This document shows, piece after piece, positions 57,093-64,000 of a DNA stretch of 64,000 nucleotides; position 1 is the stretch's first letter; each line of letters starts with the position of its first letter. The notes beneath the pieces are model-generated. The model was given only the letters and a program-made list of their open reading frames with translations. It made no database searches and had not been told where the DNA came from. This DNA is from an uncultured Methanosarcinales archaeon. Its GTDB lineage: Archaea; Nanobdellota; Nanobdellia; Woesearchaeales; CAZOXR01. The position numbers were made by a program, and so were the translations under genes. The stretch lies in NCBI GenBank assembly GCA_964566535.1, contig CAZMIO010000004.1, positions 1-64,000 on the forward strand, in the 5' to 3' direction.

Positions 57093-57791
57093 TTAGCTAG
57101 CTAGTCTTTCTTCTAAACTTAGTCTTAGATTTGTTCTTGCGTGGTGTAAAGTAGCTTTTACGGTGCCAACTGAAATTTCTAGTTTATCTGCAATCTGTCT
57201 TATTTTAAGGAAATGGTAATAGTGGAGCATTGTTATTTGTCTTTGTCTTGGGGATAATTCTCCCACAACATCATAGACAGCTTCTACTTTTTGATTTAAT
57301 GCCGCATTATCTTCTGGGGAATCTCCTGGGTCAACAACCTTTCCAATCTCGAACTGGTACGGTTGGCCTTCTTCCCTTGGTTCATTAGTTAATGGTGCAC
57401 CATCATAAAAAACAGATTGACGGCCCCATTTTCTTCTGGAGTCTATGAACGTATAGTAAACTGCTGATAAAGTATATTTGATATAATTTCCTTTTTTTGG
57501 TGGGGTGGTGTTTTTGAACATTCTGAAGAATGTCTCTTGAACAATCTCTTCAGCTTCATCACGGCTTTTGGTGAGTGAAGTGGCAAAATGGTGGAGATAG
57601 CTACTATTTCCTAGGAGAACTTGAGCTGCCCTTTCTCTTCGTATATCTTGACTTAATGCTAGATTATATAGTTTGAATCCTTGATCTTTTAATTGGTCTG
57701 AAGTTATTTGACCAGTGTCTAGAATTTCAGTTAGTTCAGGATCAGAATCTGCAGAGCTTGTTTGCGGTCGGTATTGCATTTTGGGGCTCAC
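57093..57791 (-). CDS. ECF-type sigma-70 family protein
   Basis: Region 2 'LHHFATSLTKSRDEAEEIVQETF...FIDSRRK'; region 4 'LSPRQRQITMLHYY...IRQIADKLEISVGTVKATLHHARTNLR'. Confidence 0.85.
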   Translation of the reverse strand: MSPKMQYRPQTSSADSDPELTEILDTGQITSDQLKDQGFKLYNLALSQDIRRERAAQVLLGNSSYLHHFATSLTKSRDEAEEIVQETFFRMFKNTTPPKKGNYIKYTLSAVYYTFIDSRRKWGRQSVFYDGAPLTNEPREEGQPYQFEIGKVVDPGDSPEDNAALNQKVEAVYDVVGELSPRQRQITMLHYYHFLKIRQIADKLEISVGTVKATLHHARTNLRLSLEERLAS

Positions 57792-57873
57792 AAGGAGTAT
57801 TAATGCTCAGAATTATATAAATTAGTTGTAAATTGCAGATAAATTTATATAATCACTGAATATTGTTGATTGT

Positions 57874-58833
57874 ATGAATAATAAAGAAAAGATTGAGTTG
57901 ATAAAGAGGAATACTGTTGAAGTTGTTAATGAGGACGAGTTAAATGAAGTTCTGAAGAAAAGCAAGCCAGTTGTTTACTGCGGGTATGAAGTTTCAGGTG
58001 AGGTACATCTGGGTCACATGGTAACTACAACTAAGCTTCTTGATTTTCAAAAGGCAGGATTCAAAGTTAAGATTCTATTTGCAGACTGGCATACTTGGTT
58101 GAATAAGAAAGGGGATTGGGATGAAATACATAAGTTAGAGAAATTGTGGGAAAAGGCATTTATTGGATTGGGCTTAGACAAGGCTGAGTTTGTTTTAGGT
58201 TCAAAATTACAAAGGAATATGGAATATATTGATGATGTTATGCAGATAGCAGTAAAGACAACCATCAACAGATCCTTAAGAAGTATGCAGGAAGTTGCAA
58301 GAGACATCGAGCATGCTCATGTTTCTCAAGTTATCTATCCATTCATGCAGATAGTTGATATTAAGGCATTGAAAGTAGATGTTGCTTATTCAGGAATAGA
58401 ACAAAGGAAGATTCACGGTCTTGCAAGGGAGATATTACCTAAGTTAGATTACAAAGCCCCAGTTTTAGTTCATACTCCATTGATACCTTCTTTACAATCT
58501 GGGGAGAAGATGAGTTCATCTAAACCTGAGAGTTTGATTTCGGTAAGAGATAGTGAAGAAGAGATTAAGAAGAAGATCAAAAAAGCCTATTGTGTTGAAG
58601 GAGAGGTAGCGGATAATTCAATACTTTCAATTGCTAAGTTAATCGTGTTTCCAAGAATTAAGAAGTTAGATATCAAAAGACCTGCAAAGTTTGGTGGAAA
58701 TGTTAGTTTCAAGAGTTATGAAGAACTTGAGAAAGCATTCGTTGATAAGAAGTTACATCCAATGGACCTAAAGACAGCAGTTGGAGGCCATCTAATCAAG
58801 ATATTAGAACCAGTAAGAAAGGTTTTTAGTTAG
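57874..58833 (+). CDS. tyrS: Tyrosyl-tRNA synthetase (archaeal type)
   Basis: 'YCGYEVSGEVHLGH', 'YPFMQIVDI', KMSSS, 'LHPMDLK'. Confidence 0.96.
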   Translation: MNNKEKIELIKRNTVEVVNEDELNEVLKKSKPVVYCGYEVSGEVHLGHMVTTTKLLDFQKAGFKVKILFADWHTWLNKKGDWDEIHKLEKLWEKAFIGLGLDKAEFVLGSKLQRNMEYIDDVMQIAVKTTINRSLRSMQEVARDIEHAHVSQVIYPFMQIVDIKALKVDVAYSGIEQRKIHGLAREILPKLDYKAPVLVHTPLIPSLQSGEKMSSSKPESLISVRDSEEEIKKKIKKAYCVEGEVADNSILSIAKLIVFPRIKKLDIKRPAKFGGNVSFKSYEELEKAFVDKKLHPMDLKTAVGGHLIKILEPVRKVFS

Positions 58834-60034
58834 TTTGTTCTATAACTGCTAAAGTATAATTCTTTGTCAAGTATCTTTTTGCCGTTTCTTTAATATCTTT
58901 CTTTGTTATACTCTTTATTTTGCTAAGATAAGCTTGGTTCAGTGATGAATCTTTAATCATTTCCCAGAAGTTTAGTTCGTCTGCAGTATGTCTTGTATCT
59001 TCTTTTTCTAATATATATGAACCTTCTAAGAATCCTTTCGCATCATCAAGTTCTTCTGTTGTTATATTTTTCAGCTTGTCAAATTCATTTAAGATTATGC
59101 CAATTGCTTTCTTAATGTTTTTCTTGTCAGTATTTAGGTAGACTGCAAATGTTCCAAAATCTTTGTTTGGGTCGTGGTAGACATTAACCTCATAAGCTAG
59201 TCCTCGTTTGCTTCTTATCTCTTCAACTATCTTTCCTGATTGTCCCCGTGCAAGTAATGCCTTAATAATATCTAAAGTGTAAGAATCTTTGTGGAGCCTA
59301 ATCGGTGTTTTGTATCCTAAGACCATGTAGGAGTTTAGAATTTTCTTCTTCTCGATTGTTTTTTGTATTGTTGTTTGTTGGGGTTCTTCTGTTGTTAGTT
59401 CTTTGATTGGTCCAGGTTTTATTTTTGAAAAAGCCCTTTCTATTTTTTCTTTTGGATCACTTATTCCCCCTACAACTGAAATAATCATGTTGTTAGGAAC
59501 ATAATATTTTTTGAAATAATTTTGGAGGTCTTTTTTTGTAATACCTTTTACAGTTTTTATCGTTCCATAAGCTGGGTACTTAGAAGGGTGCGTCTTAAAT
59601 AGAGTTTGAGTAAATAAAACCCATTGATGGAATCTTGGTTCATCGGTAACCATATTTATTTCCTTTAGGATTATGTTTCGTTCTTTTTCAATTGACTTAT
59701 CTTTGAATAATGGATTTTGAGTAATATCCGATATTATGTCTAGGGCTATATCAAAATGTTTTTTTTGAACTTTAATATAAAATGTAGTTCTCTCATTTGA
59801 TGTATATGCATTTAGTTCTCCGCCTAATCTTTCGATCTCATTTGCTATTATTGTACTATTAGCCCTGTTTTTTGTCCCTTCAAATACCATATGTTCTAAG
59901 AAATGAGAGATTCCCAAAATCTTTTTTGTTTCGTTATTTGAACCAACCTTGACTGTAACGCAGATAGTTACAGAGTCCGATGACTTTCGATCAAAGATCA
60001 ATGTTATTTTATTCTTCAACGTATATTTTTGCAT
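58826..60034 (-). CDS. M16 family zinc peptidase
   Basis: 'GISHFLEHMVFEGT' (HxxEH), 'LNAYTS', 'IRSKRGLAY'. Confidence 0.93.
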   Translation of the reverse strand: MQKYTLKNKITLIFDRKSSDSVTICVTVKVGSNNETKKILGISHFLEHMVFEGTKNRANSTIIANEIERLGGELNAYTSNERTTFYIKVQKKHFDIALDIISDITQNPLFKDKSIEKERNIILKEINMVTDEPRFHQWVLFTQTLFKTHPSKYPAYGTIKTVKGITKKDLQNYFKKYYVPNNMIISVVGGISDPKEKIERAFSKIKPGPIKELTTEEPQQTTIQKTIEKKKILNSYMVLGYKTPIRLHKDSYTLDIIKALLARGQSGKIVEEIRSKRGLAYEVNVYHDPNKDFGTFAVYLNTDKKNIKKAIGIILNEFDKLKNITTEELDDAKGFLEGSYILEKEDTRHTADELNFWEMIKDSSLNQAYLSKIKSITKKDIKETAKRYLTKNYTLAVIEQTN

Positions 60035-60075
60035 AATAGAAAAATAATTAAAGTAGTATATAAACTTTTGTTTGT

Positions 60076-61143
60076 ATGAAAATTAAGGAATTACAAAAAG
60101 AGCTGGTAAAGAAGAAGGTCGATTTTGCACTTTTTTACAATTTAAATCCAGATGGCCTAGATGTTAATTTGTTTTATTTCTCAGGGTACAAAGGAATCGG
60201 TGCTTTAGTTGTTGGACAAAAGAAGGCATTCCTTATGGTTCCCAAAATGGAGTTTACTAAAGCCAAAGAAAGTATGGTCAAAAGAGTTTACAAATTAGAT
60301 AAGAAGAGGCTGTTTGATAGTATTTTAGAAAAGGTGAATAAAAGTAAAGTTAAGAAAAGAAAGATTGGAATAGATATGTCAGTTATGACACTAAGGGTAA
60401 AAAAAGGTTTTAAGAAATCTTTTAAGAAAAGTAAATTGGTCGATGTTTATGATATTTGTGAGGGACTAAGGGAAGTAAAGACCAAGGAAGAAGTTAAGTT
60501 GATTAAATATGCATGTAAGATAAGCGATAGAATCCTTTTGAAATGTTTTAAGAATTTTAGAAAGTTTAAGTATGAGACTGATGTTGTAGCCTTTTTAGAA
60601 TCGGAGACTAGAAAAGAAGGATGTAGTCTAGCTTTTCAGCCAATTGTAGCTTCCGGTGTTGGCGGAAGCCAAGCCCACTATGAAGCAAAGAAAGTCAAAT
60701 TAAGAAAAGGCTTTTGTGTGATTGATTTTGGAGTAAGGTACAACGGTTATTGTTCCGATACGACTAGGACCATTTATTTGGGGAAGCCATCGGCCGGAGA
60801 AGAGATGATGTATGATCTATTGCTGAGCGTTCAGAAGAAGGCAATTTCCGAAGTGAGGATCGGAAGAAAGGTTTCAACAATCGTTCAGATTGTGAATAAG
60901 GGGCTGGGTAAGTACAGCAAATATTTCACACATGGTTTGGGTCATGGTGTTGGTGTAAAACTGCATGAGCTGCCGAACGTTCTTGAAAAGAGCAAAGGTA
61001 AATTTCAGAAGGGGAACATTTTTACAATCGAGCCTGGCGTTTATTTTCCAGGGAAGTATGGCATAAGGATTGAGGACGATATTTATTTGGGAAAGAAAGT
61101 TGAAGTATTGACTAGAGTAACGAAAGATTTAATAATAGTTTAG
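60076..61143 (+). CDS. Xaa-Pro aminopeptidase (M24)
   Basis: 'DFGVRYNGYCSDTTRT', 'HGLGHGVG', 'TIEPGVY', 'IRIEDD'. Confidence 0.94.
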   Translation: MKIKELQKELVKKKVDFALFYNLNPDGLDVNLFYFSGYKGIGALVVGQKKAFLMVPKMEFTKAKESMVKRVYKLDKKRLFDSILEKVNKSKVKKRKIGIDMSVMTLRVKKGFKKSFKKSKLVDVYDICEGLREVKTKEEVKLIKYACKISDRILLKCFKNFRKFKYETDVVAFLESETRKEGCSLAFQPIVASGVGGSQAHYEAKKVKLRKGFCVIDFGVRYNGYCSDTTRTIYLGKPSAGEEMMYDLLLSVQKKAISEVRIGRKVSTIVQIVNKGLGKYSKYFTHGLGHGVGVKLHELPNVLEKSKGKFQKGNIFTIEPGVYFPGKYGIRIEDDIYLGKKVEVLTRVTKDLIIV

Positions 61144-61145
61144 GA

Positions 61146-62939
61146 ATGAACAATCTTAAGATGAAATACGATGATAAGAAATTCTATGAGGAAGTTAAGA
61201 AGTATACTGATATTCTAAAAGATAAGGTCAAGGATAAAATTGTTTTTGTTTTAATGGAGCTAGATAATGAAAAAGCGTTTTTTTCCATAGCCCCATTGTC
61301 CAGAGCTATCCACAATATTGGCGGGGACTTACATGTTTTGATCAATGGAAATAATAATTTTGAGATTTTAAAGGATGTTTGGTATGTTTATGAAGAATAT
61401 AAGAAAGGACTAGATACTGATAAGGTCAATGCTTTGAAAGGGTTCATTCAAGCTGTAAACAAGAGGACTAAGAAGGAAACCTTTGAGAATATATTCAAGA
61501 AGCCAGAGTTTATTTTAAAGGCAGAAGAGAAAGGTTTCTCTGGAACTCTTGAATTAGATTACTATGATGAATGGCATAAAAAGTATAGGTTTAATGAATT
61601 GGTTGAATCTGCTAACCAGATATGGGGACAAGGGTACGCTCTGAAAAAAGGAGAGAAGGTAGGAGTAAGTTTTGTGCTAGTCCCAGATAAGGAGAACACT
61701 GAACTCCCATTGGAAGATTATCTTGATTCTTATTTTATTGCATTGGCAATGGCAGAAAGTGCAATTAAGAAAGGAGCTCATGTGAGTTTGTCTGCATTTA
61801 GCGATAGATTCTCTATGCTTGCTAAGTCTGTTAGGAGTGTAGATTTAGCTACTACGCTTAAAGGATGTGAACTGGATAAAGATATTGATGAAGATGTTTT
61901 TAAGAAATACAATATCTTTTCAAAAGAAGTCATCAGAGATAGGATGAAGTACATCAAGGCAGGATTTAGCATACACGGAAAAGGTTATTATGGTAAGCAT
62001 TTTTTCGGAGAAGAAATTGGCTATCCCACTTCTAATAAGAAATCAAGATGGACTAGTCCAGGGCAGATGATGTTAAAGGATAGATACAGTCCTCAATCAC
62101 TTGAAGAGAGCAGAGACCCTGTAATGAGATATGCTCTAACCGAGACATTACCTATTGATATTTTTATTGAGACCTGTAATCTAGATTATACTATCCTAAA
62201 GAAGAGGAGCGATAAGATAAGGGATATTTTTAACAAATGTAGTTATATTAGGGTTGTTGGAGAACCTGTTGACGGACATAAGACTGATTTTAAGGTTGAG
62301 CTGATAAGAAAGGACGGATTCAGGAGAGCATTTACTTCATCTGATTGCGATGTTACTAATATTATAGATCAAGAGAATTTGAAGAAGACTGGTGCTCGTA
62401 CTGGTTCTTATGCTAACTTTCCTTCTGGAGAGACATTTACAACACCCGAGAAAGTAACTGGAGTTATGGTTGGAGATGTCGTCATCAACATAGATAGGAG
62501 TTATGTGATCCCTCCGAATAATCCTATTGTTGTTAGCTTTGATGATAATGGAGATTATAAGATCGTTAAGGCCCCTGCCGATATAAAGAAGGCGATGGAT
62601 AGGGAACTTAAGGAATGTAGGGAGAAGATAAAAATTTATGAGAAAAATGGAAGCTTGCCTAAGGAAATTACTGATATGTATACAAGGAACTTTAATTCAG
62701 TTGGAGAATTTGCTGTTAATACAAATCCAAAAGCAAAGTTATGTGATTATTTAATTGTTAATGAGAAGATTGCAAAGATGATTCATGTTGCTTTAGGTCT
62801 TGGTTTTGATCCTGACAAAAAAACTGTCTATCATTGGGATATTGTTGTTAATTCTCCAAGGCAAAAACTAGATATTTATGGTGTTGATGCTGATGGTAAG
62901 ACTCAGTGGGTTATTAAGAAAGGAGAGTTTGTTGTTTAG
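61146..62939 (+). CDS. M29-like aminopeptidase with long N-terminal extension
   Basis: C-terminal 'NFPSGETFTTP', 'GEFAVNTNP', 'NEKIAKMIHVALG', 'HWDIV'. Confidence 0.7.
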   Translation: MNNLKMKYDDKKFYEEVKKYTDILKDKVKDKIVFVLMELDNEKAFFSIAPLSRAIHNIGGDLHVLINGNNNFEILKDVWYVYEEYKKGLDTDKVNALKGFIQAVNKRTKKETFENIFKKPEFILKAEEKGFSGTLELDYYDEWHKKYRFNELVESANQIWGQGYALKKGEKVGVSFVLVPDKENTELPLEDYLDSYFIALAMAESAIKKGAHVSLSAFSDRFSMLAKSVRSVDLATTLKGCELDKDIDEDVFKKYNIFSKEVIRDRMKYIKAGFSIHGKGYYGKHFFGEEIGYPTSNKKSRWTSPGQMMLKDRYSPQSLEESRDPVMRYALTETLPIDIFIETCNLDYTILKKRSDKIRDIFNKCSYIRVVGEPVDGHKTDFKVELIRKDGFRRAFTSSDCDVTNIIDQENLKKTGARTGSYANFPSGETFTTPEKVTGVMVGDVVINIDRSYVIPPNNPIVVSFDDNGDYKIVKAPADIKKAMDRELKECREKIKIYEKNGSLPKEITDMYTRNFNSVGEFAVNTNPKAKLCDYLIVNEKIAKMIHVALGLGFDPDKKTVYHWDIVVNSPRQKLDIYGVDADGKTQWVIKKGEFVV

Positions 62940-63016
62940 GAGTTATTAGGTTTATTCTTTCTACTGTGTTATAAAAGAAACTTTTATAAACAATCCGTTC
63001 AATAAATAGTTTGAAG

Positions 63017-63613
63017 ATGGTAAAAAGGGGTAAGAATGCAGCGTTTGCTCTATCTATTAATGCTATAGTTATAATTATTTTGGCAATCACTTTCTTAGCC
63101 TTGAGTATTGGTTTTATGAAAGGAATGTTTACTAAGTCTGAGCAGACCGTCGAAGAAGTCTTAGGGTCAGCAAGACAGTGTAAGAAAGAGCCTAGTTCGG
63201 CAGAACCTATGACTGCGTGTCCTGACAAGGTTGTGTTGAAAGGAAGTGAGTCAGGAGTGGTTAACGTTGGCTATTATAATGTTAATAACTACAAGGGAGT
63301 CTGTATTTTTGGTGTTAGTGGAGGAGGAACGGAGTTAGTTGTTCCTACCGAGACGATCGAAGTCGGGGCTAATACATTCATTTATCGTCCAATAATTGCC
63401 AATGGTCCTTTTTCAAATGGTTTGAGTAGTTTTAATTTAGAGATTAGGTGCTTGAGTGAGGAGCAGTTGATAGATTCTGTTGGTGGAGCAGCTACTTGGA
63501 CTGCTATGTCATCAGCTGATAAGACTGCTGCATTTAATACTTACTTTAATCCTGGCAATCCAGCTAGACTATCCATTGAGACAACTAAATCAATCTTAGT
63601 TGAAGTTAAGTAA
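63017..63613 (+). CDS. Pilin-like protein with class III signal peptide
   Basis: 'KRGKNAAFALSINAIVIIILAITFLALSIGF'. Confidence 0.65.
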   Translation: MVKRGKNAAFALSINAIVIIILAITFLALSIGFMKGMFTKSEQTVEEVLGSARQCKKEPSSAEPMTACPDKVVLKGSESGVVNVGYYNVNNYKGVCIFGVSGGGTELVVPTETIEVGANTFIYRPIIANGPFSNGLSSFNLEIRCLSEEQLIDSVGGAATWTAMSSADKTAAFNTYFNPGNPARLSIETTKSILVEVK

Positions 63614-63884
63614 AATTTATAAAGGAAATAGACAAAGAGTTTCCTAAGCATACCAAGAGTAAGAAATTAGGGGCATTTNNNNNNNNNNNNNNNNNNNNNN
63701 NNNNNNNNNNNNNNNNNNNNNNNNNNNNNNNNNNNNNNNNNNNNNNNNNNNNNNNNNNNNNNNNNNNNNNNNNNNNNNGGAAATAGACAAAGAGTTTCCT
63801 AAGCATACCAAGAGTAAGAAATTAGGGGCATTTAAGAAGTAATAAAGAAAATATTTATATTTTTCTTTCTTTTTTTAGTTAAAA

Positions 63885-64000
63885 ATGACAGAATTACAAA
63901 AAGCAGCTAATATTGTTCTAAAAGAATGCATGAACTTCAAGGAAAGTGAAAGTCTATTAATAGTCTTTGATGAAAATAAAAAGTCTATCGTAGATGTTTT
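63885..64000 (+). CDS. Partial CDS, probable M29/leucyl aminopeptidase N-terminus
   Basis: MTELQKAANIVLKECMNFKESESLLIVFDE... Confidence 0.6.
   Translation, partial: MTELQKAANIVLKECMNFKESESLLIVFDENKKSIVDV

Noticed and set aside
357..63806. Numerous 60-150 aa ORFs antisense to or nested in long genes
   Set aside because: Shadow ORFs of well-supported genes, with no recognisable motifs
63624..63833. 55-bp direct repeat around the second N gap; possible CRISPR or tandem repeat
   Set aside because: Same 55-bp scaffold-overlap signature; no spacers and no cas operon

Overview
Archaeal chromosomal segment. TBP, aIF2-beta, PolD DP1/DP2, Orc1/Cdc6, MCM, Hjc, EndA and Pelota are all archaeal types. 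The compact AT-rich style and the surface-protein families suggest a DPANN archaeon, most likely Woesearchaeota (inference). Contents: (i) a replication origin with two inverted ORB boxes around an AT-rich region, followed by cdc6-DP1-DP2, with RPA, intein-bearing MCM and TBP nearby; (ii) citramalate synthase preceded by an unannotated Ile-rich leader peptide; (iii) an 11-gene operon: split transketolase, a bacterial-type shikimate/Phe/Tyr pathway and pheST; (iv) two TrmB regulators, acs and pelota; (v) a cluster of pilin-like, membrane and lipoprotein paralogs; (vi) intein-bearing RFC-S, a PRC-barrel protein, a solo Cas4-like nuclease and a bacterial-type ECF sigma-70 gene; (vii) tyrS and several peptidases. 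The most notable signals are the ECF sigma factor in an archaeon, the attenuator-like cimA leader, and an identical 23-bp element abutting the TATA boxes of two nuclease genes 29 kb apart. Also notable are a probable ATA-initiated giant surface protein coupled to a small RHH gene and a highly structured IS200/IS605-like intergenic element. No rRNA, tRNA or CRISPR array was recognised. Both N gaps are flanked by exact 55-bp duplications, which are probably assembly artefacts. All product calls come from motif recognition by eye, not database searches.
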